Shown here: positions 1 to 7,710 of the stretch, one piece after another | How the letters are laid out: each line of letters begins with the position of its first letter | How positions within the stretch are numbered: the first letter of the stretch is position 1 | Assembly (NCBI GenBank): GCA_963626175.1 | Contig: CAVFWY010000002.1 | Coordinates: 1-41,069 of the forward strand | DNA length: 41,069 nt | Reading direction: 5' to 3' | Source of the DNA: Gemmiger sp. | GTDB lineage: Bacteria; Verrucomicrobiota; Kiritimatiellia; RFP12; UBA1067 | Program-made: the position numbers and the translations under genes | The notes under the pieces: model-generated | Databases searched by the model: none | The model's input: the letters and a program-made list of their open reading frames with translations, nothing else | Told to the model about the DNA's origin: nothing

Positions 1-1
1 G

Positions 2-76
2 TGGCAGCCCCAAGGAGAGTCGAACTCCTCTACCAAGCATGAAAAGCTCGTGTCCTAGCCGATAGACGATGGGGCC
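2..76 (-). tRNA. tRNA-Glu (anticodon UUC) with genomically encoded CCA
   Basis: The reverse complement reads GGCCCCA-TC-GTCT-ATCGGCTA-GGAC-A-CGAGC-TTTTCAT-GCTTG-GTAG-AGGAG-TTCGACT-CTCCT-TGGGGCT-G-CCA. This gives a 7-bp acceptor stem (G1.U72 wobble), a D arm, a 5-bp anticodon stem with loop TT-TTC-AT, and a TTCGA T-loop; 75 nt in total. Confidence 0.85.
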
Positions 77-134
77 GTTTCAACGGGCGGAAATTATATC
101 ATAACTCTGGCGCGAAAATCAAGGGGGCATTTGA

Positions 135-1220
135 ATGACGGAAAAGGAAGCGTATGTGGCGTTCAATCTCACGGATCAGGTCGGTTCGGTGACGGTTGAG
201 AAACTCGTTCGCCGATTCGGGTCGGTGCTTGCCGCGTGGGAGAACTATCCGAAGAAGACCTCGCGCACGGGCGGGGAAATCGACTGGAAGCGCGAGTTCG
301 AACTGGCGAAGAAGTTCCGCGTCGCGATTCTCACTCCCGCTGATGCCGACTACCCGAAGATGCTGTTGAAAACGTCGGGGCATCCGCTCGTCCTCTACGT
401 TCGCGGGGATGTCGCGGCGCTCTCGAAGCCGGGCATCGCAATCGTGGGGACGCGGCGGGCGACGGCATACGGGCTTGACCAGGCGAACAAGTTCGCCCAC
501 GATCTCGCGGCGAACGGGTGGTCGGTCGTTTCGGGGCTGGCGCTTGGGATTGACGCGGAGGCGCATCGGGGGGCACTTGCGGCGGGCGGCACGACGGTCG
601 GCGTGCTCGGTTCGGCACTCGACTGCTTCTATCCAGAGGAAAACCGCGAACTTGCGCGGCAGATCGTGCAGAAGAACGGTGCGGTCGTGAGCGAGTTCCC
701 CTTCGGCCGCGAACCGGACAACCAGACCTTCCCTCAGCGAAACCACGTGGTTGCTGCGCTTGCCAGCGGGGTGGTTGCGGTCGAATCCCCCGCAAAGAGC
801 GGAACGCTCATCACGCTCGGCATCGCGGCGGACATCGGACGCACGGTGATGGCCGTTCCGGGGCGCGTGGACAGTCGGTCGAGCGCGGGGTGTCTCAAAC
901 TCATCCGCGACGGGGCGACGCTTGTCCGGAATGCCGCGGATGTCGAAGAGGCGATGTCCGAGCTCATTCCGACGGTGAAGAAACCTGCGGCAACGGCCGC
1001 AGAGCCGCCGCCCGCCGTGCGTCCCGAACCGCCGCCGTTTTCCATCGAGGAGTCGATGATCATGCGCGAAGTGGATGTGGAAGGCATCTCGATGGATCGG
1101 TTGATTGCCAAGACGGGGCTTCCCGCGGCGAAAGTCGCAACGCTGTGCATGACGCTTCGCCTGAAGGGGCGCGTTCGCTACCTTCCGGGCAACCGCATCG
1201 CCCTGCCGCGTGAATCGTAA
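135..1220 (+). CDS. dprA: DNA-processing protein DprA/Smf
   Basis: 361-aa ORF with the DprA Rossmann-like core (VGTRRATAYG, SGLALGIDAEAHRGAL, FYPEEN, SEFPFG, FPQRNHVVA) and a C-terminal winged-helix-like tail. AAGGGGG lies 7 nt upstream of the ATG. Confidence 0.9.
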   Translation: MTEKEAYVAFNLTDQVGSVTVEKLVRRFGSVLAAWENYPKKTSRTGGEIDWKREFELAKKFRVAILTPADADYPKMLLKTSGHPLVLYVRGDVAALSKPGIAIVGTRRATAYGLDQANKFAHDLAANGWSVVSGLALGIDAEAHRGALAAGGTTVGVLGSALDCFYPEENRELARQIVQKNGAVVSEFPFGREPDNQTFPQRNHVVAALASGVVAVESPAKSGTLITLGIAADIGRTVMAVPGRVDSRSSAGCLKLIRDGATLVRNAADVEEAMSELIPTVKKPAATAAEPPPAVRPEPPPFSIEESMIMREVDVEGISMDRLIAKTGLPAAKVATLCMTLRLKGRVRYLPGNRIALPRES

Positions 1221-1234
1221 GAAAGAAGCATGAA

Positions 1235-1867
1235 ATGAAGTCGAAAGCCTACGTATTTGACATGGATGGCACACTTGTGGACAACTGCCGCTATCACATC
1301 ATCGCCTGGCAAGAGTTTTCGCGGCGATATGGACGCGAACTGACGGAGAAGGAAATCATTGACTGGATGGGCGCCCCGAACGCCTATTACTGCGAACAGA
1401 TCTTCGGTCGCTCGCTCTCATCCGAAGAACTGACGCGCCTCGGCGAGGAGAAGGAGCGCATCTACCGTGCGCTCTATGCGCCGCATATGCGTCTGCCGGA
1501 CGGACTGCGGGCTTTTCTCGACCGCGACCACGCCGAGGGCATCCCCTGTGCTGTCGCCACGGGCGGACCGAGGGGAAACGTGGATTTCGTGCTGGACGGG
1601 CTCGCCATTCGCGGCGATTTCGCGGCGATTGTGGATGATTCGTGCTATGAACACGGCAAGCCCGCGCCGGACTGCTTTCTCGCCGCCGCCCGCCGCCTGG
1701 GCGTGTCGCCGGCTGATTGCGTCGTCTTTGAGGATGCGTGCGCCGGCATTCGGGCGGCAAAGGCGGCGAGAATGAGGGTGATTGCCGTCACCTTCACGAA
1801 TCCGCGCGAGACGCTCCAGCGCGAGTCCCCGGATCTCATCATCGATTCCTATCTGGCCCTCGGCTGA
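1235..1867 (+). CDS. HAD-superfamily hydrolase (beta-phosphoglucomutase-like subfamily)
   Basis: The HAD motifs are present: YVFDMDGTLVDN (motif I), VATGG (motif II), HGKPAPD (motif III) and VFEDACAG (motif IV). Confidence 0.8.
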   Translation: MKSKAYVFDMDGTLVDNCRYHIIAWQEFSRRYGRELTEKEIIDWMGAPNAYYCEQIFGRSLSSEELTRLGEEKERIYRALYAPHMRLPDGLRAFLDRDHAEGIPCAVATGGPRGNVDFVLDGLAIRGDFAAIVDDSCYEHGKPAPDCFLAAARRLGVSPADCVVFEDACAGIRAAKAARMRVIAVTFTNPRETLQRESPDLIIDSYLALG

Positions 1868-1913
1868 GGCGCGTGCGGGGTTGTCGCGCAACCCGTCACC
1901 GTCGCCTAAAATA

Positions 1914-1922
1914 TGCTACAAT
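1914..1922 (+). promoter_or_regulatory. Candidate extended -10 promoter (TGCTACAAT) for thiC
   Basis: TGnTAnAAT match about 48 nt upstream of the thiC ATG, in a locally AT-rich spacer. No -35 element was evaluated. Confidence 0.3.
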
Positions 1923-1969
1923 ACGCACCTGTTCATTATTTGCAGAAAAACGGAAGGTAGAAAAGAAAA

Positions 1970-3271
1970 ATGACGCAACTTGAAGCCGCCCGCAAGGGTT
2001 TGATTACGCCGGCGATGGAGACTGTCGCACGGGATGAGGGCGTGTCGCCGGAGGCCGTCCGCGCCGCCGTTGCCGAGGGGACGGCGGTCATCCCCCTCAA
2101 CATCCACCATACGAACTGCCATCCCGTCGGCGTGGGACGGCTTTTCACGACGAAAATCAACGCCAATCTCGGTCGGAGCGTGACCCATTCGGGCAAAGGG
2201 GACGAATTGGAGAAACTGGCAATCGCCCTCAAGGCGGGCGCGGACTTCGTGATGGATCTCTCCGTCGGCGACGACCTCAAGTCCATTCGCCAGGGAATGC
2301 TCGACGCTTCCTGCAAGCCGCTGGGGACGGTGCCCGTCTACGAGACGATTTCCCGTCTTTCGGGCGACATTCCGCAGATGGACCCGAATCTTCTCTTTGA
2401 CGTCATCCGCGAACAGGCCGAGCAGGGCGTCGATTTCATGACTCTCCACGCGGGGCTTCTCCTGAAGGACATCCCGCTTGCGATGAAGCGCAAGATGGGC
2501 ATCGTGAGCCGCGGCGGTTCGATCATGGCCGAGTGGATGATGGAGCACAAGGCCGAGAATCCGCTTTACGCGAACTGGGACAAGGTGATGGACATACTCG
2601 CCGCGCACGACGTCACCGTCTCGCTCGGGGACGGACTTCGGTCGGGCTGTCTCGCCGACGCCTCGGACGCGGCGCAATTCGCCGAACTCGCCGTGCTCGG
2701 CGAACTCGTCGACCGTTGCCGCGAACGCGGCGTTCAGGTGATGGTCGAGGGACCAGGGCACATTCCCTTCAATCAGGTGCAGATGAACATGGAACGCGAG
2801 CAGGAAGTCTGCAAGGGTGCGCCGTTCTACGTGCTGGGTCCGGTGGTGACGGACATTGCGCCCGGCTACGACCACATCGTCTCGGCAATCGGGGCGACGG
2901 CCGCCGCGACATACGGGGCTTCGCTCCTCTGCTACGTCACGCCCGCCGAACACCTGGGGCTTCCCGACGGCGCGGAGGTGCACGAGGGGTGCATCGCCTA
3001 CAAGATTGCCGCGCACGCGGGTGACGTCGCCCGCGGCCTCCCCCACGCCCGCGAACGCGACGACCGCATGGCGGAGGCGCGGCGAAACTTCTGCTGGGAC
3101 GAACAGTTCGCCGCCGCGCTCGACCCCGAACGCGCACGGACGCGCTGGCTCAAGACCCGTGCGCTGACGGACGAAGCCCACGGCGACGACCACTGCTCGA
3201 TGTGCGGCAAGGAGTTCTGCGCCGTGCGCACCTCGCGCCGCATCCGCGACCTGAGCGAGAAACAGGACTGA
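1970..3271 (+). CDS. thiC: Phosphomethylpyrimidine synthase ThiC (short bacterial form)
   Basis: 433 aa. The N-terminus TQLEAARKGLITPAME, the core GTVPVYE, IVSRGGS and VEGPGH, and the C-terminal Fe-S motif CSMCGKEFC (CX2CX4C) are all typical of ThiC. Confidence 0.92.
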   Translation: MTQLEAARKGLITPAMETVARDEGVSPEAVRAAVAEGTAVIPLNIHHTNCHPVGVGRLFTTKINANLGRSVTHSGKGDELEKLAIALKAGADFVMDLSVGDDLKSIRQGMLDASCKPLGTVPVYETISRLSGDIPQMDPNLLFDVIREQAEQGVDFMTLHAGLLLKDIPLAMKRKMGIVSRGGSIMAEWMMEHKAENPLYANWDKVMDILAAHDVTVSLGDGLRSGCLADASDAAQFAELAVLGELVDRCRERGVQVMVEGPGHIPFNQVQMNMEREQEVCKGAPFYVLGPVVTDIAPGYDHIVSAIGATAAATYGASLLCYVTPAEHLGLPDGAEVHEGCIAYKIAAHAGDVARGLPHARERDDRMAEARRNFCWDEQFAAALDPERARTRWLKTRALTDEAHGDDHCSMCGKEFCAVRTSRRIRDLSEKQD

Positions 3272-3291
3272 CTTGAAGAGAAGGAGTGCCG

Positions 3292-6200
3292 ATGCGGAAA
3301 CTGCTGTGCTTTGCCCTTGCCCTCGCGGCGGTCTGGTGCGTCCGTGCCGATGAGGAGATCACCTGCGAGCGATTCCCCGATGCGGACGCCGTCGTGGTGG
3401 ACGAACGCGAGTCGGTCGCCTACAACCCGGACGGGACGTATGCGAGCGAGAGCGAATCGTGGACGAAGGTGCTCACCGAACGCGGTCGCCGCGAGGAGCG
3501 CGTGATTTCCCTCGGCTACAACGCCCGCTACGGAAAGGCGGAGATCCTTTCGCTCGGTGTTGTCGATACGAACGGCGTGGAGCGCACCGTCGATTTCGGC
3601 GCGACGACGAAGGAGACGACGGACAATTCGTCGATGAGCGCGAACATCGTCGATCCGCTCGACCGCAAGATTACCTGTACGATTCCTGGGCTGAAGGTCG
3701 GCGAGACCGTTCATCTCAAGACGCGGCGACGCACGGTGAAAAGCCGCATCCAGGACCAGTGGAGCGATCTTTCGGTGATGGAGTGGACTTACCCGATTCT
3801 GCGGAGCGTCTATGAGGTCAAGGCGCCTGCGGCGCGTCCGATACGCTCGAAGGCGATTCGGCATTCCCTCGGGAACGTTGTCGAGGAGGTGCGCCCGCTT
3901 GACGACGGCTCGACGCTCTACGTCTACACGGCGACGAATTCGCCGCGTATGTTCCCCGAACCGGACATGCCGCCGCAATGGACGCAGGTTCAGAACGTGC
4001 GGCTTTCGACGGCGGCGGACTGGCGCGAAATCTCCCGGTGGTACTGGAATCTCTGTGCGCCGCGCCTCGCCTGCACGACGGAAGCGATGACGAACAAGGT
4101 GAACGAAATCGGCCGCGACATCCGCGCGCTCTTCAAGTTCGTCTCGCAGGAAGTTCGCTACATGGGGCTGACGATGGAGGACGATTCGCCGGGCTATGCG
4201 CCGCACGACGTGAACGTCACCTTCGACAACCGCTACGGGGTCTGCCGCGACAAGGCCGGGCTTCTCGTCGCCATGCTCCGCATCGCCGGGTTCAAGGCGT
4301 TCCCCGTGCTCATCAACGTCGGCGCGAAGATGGATCCCGACGTGCCGCAGCCCTACTTCAACCACGCCATCGTCGCCGTCGAGGAGGAGCGTCCGGGTGC
4401 GGATGGCGAGCGTTCATACATCCTGATGGATCCGACGAACGAGAACACGAAGGATCTCTTCCCCGCCTATCTTTGCGCACGGAGTTACCTCGTGGCGCGT
4501 CCCGACGGCGAGGGGTTGCGCACGTCTCCCGTGCCGTTGTCGGAAGGGAACGCGGCGAACGTCGTCTCGGCGGGCAGACTCGCGAAGGATGGTTCGATCG
4601 TCCTGGAAAGCACGATTGACTTCTTCGGCATCAGCGACACGGCCTACCGTGGCTCGCTCGTCAGGCGAACCCCGGAACTGCGCAAGGCGTTCTTCGAGCG
4701 CATCGTGCAGTCCGCCGCGCCGGGTGCGGAACTCCTGAAGTGCGAAATCGAGCCGGAAGACCTGCGCGACACCGAAAAGCCGCTGAAAGTGCGTCTGCTC
4801 GCCCGCTTTCCGGAGATGATTCTTCGCGGGCAGACTGAAGATACGCTGAACCTGCCGATGATTTCCGACTCCATCGATCTCGTCGGACGGCTCTTGTCGG
4901 ATAACGCCCTCCTGGAAAAGAGGACGTATCCGCTCGTGCTCGACACGACGGCGCAGACGGCCGAGACGCTCGTGCTGAACGTGGGGGATGCGCTCGGCGA
5001 AGTGAAGAAACTGCCCGACGACTTTTCCGTCACGGGTGCGTTCAGTTGTCGGCGCACGATGACGCTGACGAACGGCGTCTTGAAGGCGGAGCGCGTGACG
5101 GCTTTGAATGCGGTCGAGATTTCCCCGGAGGAATACCTCGACTTGCGCGAACGGATGAAGGCCGCCGAGGCGGCGGCGCGAAAGCAGCCGATCTTCCATT
5201 CGGACGTCGTGAAGGGGGCGAATGTCCACGTCCTTTATGATGCGAGTGAAGTTGACGTCGCGTCCGACGCGGCGTGGACGGTGACGAACGAGATGGTGAA
5301 GCAAGTGCTGACCTATCAGGGCAAGAAGAGTTCGGCGGAACTCAACTTCGCCTACAACCCGACGTGGAAGAACGTCGAAGTCCTTTCGGCGACCGTGTCG
5401 AATGCGAACGGGCGGGTTTACGCGGTGAAGCCGAGCGAGATGAACGTGATGGACTGCGGGTGGGCGAGTGCCGCGCCGCGCTATCCGGCGAGCCGTTTGC
5501 TCGTCGTGAATCTTCCGTCCGTCGAGATTGGCAGCGTCATTTCGGTGAAGACGGCGACGACAGTGACGAACGCCCCCGTGTCGTTCTACGCATCCTACGG
5601 CTTCGATTCCTACCAGCCGACCGAGCGCAAGGTTGTGCGCGTGAACGACTGGCACAGGGAGGTCGTGCATCCGCCGCGTCTGCCGGACGAGCCGATGCAG
5701 CCTGTCGGTTCGCTGTGGCGGGATGTCGTCGTCATTTCGTCCAATGACTTCGCCCGTGCGGCGCGGCAGTTGCGCCCGGCGGTTGAGGTTTCGCCCGTTC
5801 GCGGCGGCGAGGGATTGCCGGACTTCGCGAAGATGTCCGCCGTCGAGATCCGCAAGTGGTTGCACAGGGCGGTGCGCATCGCAGGTCCGGGGCTTTACGA
5901 AGTCCCGATTGCCGACCAGTTGACGCGTCCCGAAGTCGTCCTGAAGGAGCGGTATGCGACGCGGCTCGACTACGTGCGGACGCTGTGTGCGCTTCTGCGG
6001 GGGGCGGGATACGAGGCGGATGTCGTTTTCGCCGCGAACAATGTCAAGTCGCCCGAGGCGATCCGCCGCCGCGACAAGTTCGAGAAGCCGAACGTCCGCG
6101 CATTCGCGTCCGCGCTGTGCCGCGTTCGCGAGCGCACGGGCGGATTCCTTTTCTTCGGCGGAGAAACGCGGGAGTTCTTCGTCGGCACGGAAGGGGAGTA

Positions 6201-6951
6201 TTGTCCGCTCGGTGCGACCTCGTTCGCCGGAAGCGACTACTTCGACCCGTCCGATGGATCGTTCGGCACGGTGACGAGTCCTTCCGACTACTTGCCGCGA
6301 ACGGAAGAGCGGCTCAATCTCGCCGTGCGGGAAAACGGAGCCGTCGATATGGAGGTGAAGACTCTGATCTGGGGTCCCGGCGTCGCGGCGTTCCGCCGTC
6401 GGCACACGGAGATTCTCCCCGAAGACCGCGACCGCTATCATCAGTCTTTGCTCGGCGGCATTGCGAAGGCGGCGACCGCGACGAGCGATCTCGCGGCGGA
6501 CGTGGAGGGCTATCCCGCCAGTCTTGCGTTCTCGTGCTTCGTGCCGGACTATGCAACGGTCGAGGGGGATACGATCAGCCTGACGCTGGAAAGCCTCGCG
6601 GACGGGCTGTTCCCGCTCACGGGCTCGACGCGGGAAACGCCGCTCGGCATTTCGGCGGAAGATGCGTCCGTGACGGAAGTCCGCGTCGTCTTCCCGAAGG
6701 GCTATACGGAAGTGGAGCATCTCCCGAAGCCGTTCCGCTTCCGGAGCCCGTCCGATTTGTCCGTCTGGTATGAGAGCGAGGTTTCGTCTGCCGTGAACGG
6801 GGATGGGCTGCTGGAGGTCGTCATCCGCCGAACGACTCTGCCGCGCCCGCAGTCGATCCTCGACGCGACCTGTTTCCAGTTGCTGAAGGACTGGAATCGG
6901 ATCGAAAGCGGCCGTCCCAACTGCACGATCAGCGTGCGCCGAGGGCGGTGA
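3292..6951 (+). CDS. Secreted DUF3857 / transglutaminase-like / DUF3858 protein, internally duplicated
   Basis: GAAGGAG lies 6 nt before the ATG at 3292; a GTG at 3286 is an alternative start. Signal peptide MRKLLCFALALAAVWCVRA. The first module has an intact transglutaminase-core triad (GVCRDKAG, FNHAIVAV, LMDPT). A second DUF3857-like module begins near aa 640, followed by a degenerate core (LDYVRTLCALLRGAGYEADVV). Confidence 0.75.
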   Translation: MRKLLCFALALAAVWCVRADEEITCERFPDADAVVVDERESVAYNPDGTYASESESWTKVLTERGRREERVISLGYNARYGKAEILSLGVVDTNGVERTVDFGATTKETTDNSSMSANIVDPLDRKITCTIPGLKVGETVHLKTRRRTVKSRIQDQWSDLSVMEWTYPILRSVYEVKAPAARPIRSKAIRHSLGNVVEEVRPLDDGSTLYVYTATNSPRMFPEPDMPPQWTQVQNVRLSTAADWREISRWYWNLCAPRLACTTEAMTNKVNEIGRDIRALFKFVSQEVRYMGLTMEDDSPGYAPHDVNVTFDNRYGVCRDKAGLLVAMLRIAGFKAFPVLINVGAKMDPDVPQPYFNHAIVAVEEERPGADGERSYILMDPTNENTKDLFPAYLCARSYLVARPDGEGLRTSPVPLSEGNAANVVSAGRLAKDGSIVLESTIDFFGISDTAYRGSLVRRTPELRKAFFERIVQSAAPGAELLKCEIEPEDLRDTEKPLKVRLLARFPEMILRGQTEDTLNLPMISDSIDLVGRLLSDNALLEKRTYPLVLDTTAQTAETLVLNVGDALGEVKKLPDDFSVTGAFSCRRTMTLTNGVLKAERVTALNAVEISPEEYLDLRERMKAAEAAARKQPIFHSDVVKGANVHVLYDASEVDVASDAAWTVTNEMVKQVLTYQGKKSSAELNFAYNPTWKNVEVLSATVSNANGRVYAVKPSEMNVMDCGWASAAPRYPASRLLVVNLPSVEIGSVISVKTATTVTNAPVSFYASYGFDSYQPTERKVVRVNDWHREVVHPPRLPDEPMQPVGSLWRDVVVISSNDFARAARQLRPAVEVSPVRGGEGLPDFAKMSAVEIRKWLHRAVRIAGPGLYEVPIADQLTRPEVVLKERYATRLDYVRTLCALLRGAGYEADVVFAANNVKSPEAIRRRDKFEKPNVRAFASALCRVRERTGGFLFFGGETREFFVGTEGEYCPLGATSFAGSDYFDPSDGSFGTVTSPSDYLPRTEERLNLAVRENGAVDMEVKTLIWGPGVAAFRRRHTEILPEDRDRYHQSLLGGIAKAATATSDLAADVEGYPASLAFSCFVPDYATVEGDTISLTLESLADGLFPLTGSTRETPLGISAEDASVTEVRVVFPKGYTEVEHLPKPFRFRSPSDLSVWYESEVSSAVNGDGLLEVVIRRTTLPRPQSILDATCFQLLKDWNRIESGRPNCTISVRRGR

Positions 6952-6982
6952 AATCGGCGGGTGGGAACCCTGTGCCCAAAAA

Positions 6983-6991
6983 TGGTATAAT
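6983..6991 (+). promoter_or_regulatory. Candidate extended -10 promoter (TGGTATAAT) immediately upstream of the ABC ATPase gene
   Basis: Perfect TGnTATAAT. The hexamer ends 8 nt before the ATG at 7000, and no Shine-Dalgarno sequence lies in between. Confidence 0.35.
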
Positions 6992-6999
6992 ATCCAATA

Positions 7000-7710
7000 A
7001 TGCTTGAGGTTAGGAATATCGCTTTCACCTATCGCCGGAAACCGGTTCTGAAGGATGTCTCGTTCGTCGTTTCGCCGGGTGAGACGGTCTGCATTCTCGG
7101 TGCGAATGGCGCGGGGAAGACGACTCTTCTGCGGGTGTTGGCGACGCTTTCGATTCCGGATTCGGGCCGAGTGCTTTCGGATGGGCGCGATGCGTTCGCG
7201 GAATCGCTCGACTATCGCCACAAGTTGGGCTATTTGCCCGAGGCGATTGGCCTTTACGACGACATGACCGTGAAGGAATATCTCATTTATCGCGCCAACC
7301 TGAAGGGCGAACCGCGAAAGCGGATACGCCGTCGAGTGGACGAGGCGGTGGAGGCCTGTCGGATCGCTGACCTCCTGCGTGCGCCGATTCGCGACCTGTC
7401 GATGGGCTACCGCAAGCGCGTGGCATTGGCGGATGCGCTTCTGCTGCGTCCGCGTGTCCTGCTTCTGGACGATTTTCTCGCGGGGCTTGACTACGGCATG
7501 CGGAAGGCCGCAGGAGAGATCCTCTCGAATGCGGCGGCGTTTTCGTCCGTCATCGTAACGGGGCATGAGCCGGAGGATCTCGCCCCGTGGACGACGCGGT
7601 TTCTCGTTCTCAAGGACGGTGTGATTTCCGCGACGATTGATGCGGCGGGGATTGACGCGGCGACGCTGAAGAGCCGTCTCGACGAGGCGTACGGGAGGGC
7701 TTCGGCATGA
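7000..7710 (+). CDS. ABC transporter ATP-binding protein, GldA-like, with a non-canonical Walker B region
   Basis: Walker A is GANGAGKTT, and LGYLPE occupies the Q-loop position. The signature is LSMGYRKR (GldA-type LSKGYRQR). Walker B is VLLLDDF, with Asp where the catalytic Glu normally sits. D-loop AGLD and H-loop TGHE are present. Confidence 0.88.
   Translation: MLEVRNIAFTYRRKPVLKDVSFVVSPGETVCILGANGAGKTTLLRVLATLSIPDSGRVLSDGRDAFAESLDYRHKLGYLPEAIGLYDDMTVKEYLIYRANLKGEPRKRIRRRVDEAVEACRIADLLRAPIRDLSMGYRKRVALADALLLRPRVLLLDDFLAGLDYGMRKAAGEILSNAAAFSSVIVTGHEPEDLAPWTTRFLVLKDGVISATIDAAGIDAATLKSRLDEAYGRASA

Noticed and set aside
1878-1894. Hairpin GGGTTG-TCGCG-CAACCC after the HAD gene as an intrinsic terminator.
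   Set aside because: The stem is only 6 bp and no downstream U-run follows, which is insufficient for a terminator call.
1868-1969. TPP riboswitch expected upstream of thiC.
   Set aside because: I could not find the conserved CUGAGA or CCUGAUCUGGAUAAUGCCAGCG cores by eye, so no riboswitch feature is reported. The absence itself is listed as a finding to be tested with cmsearch.
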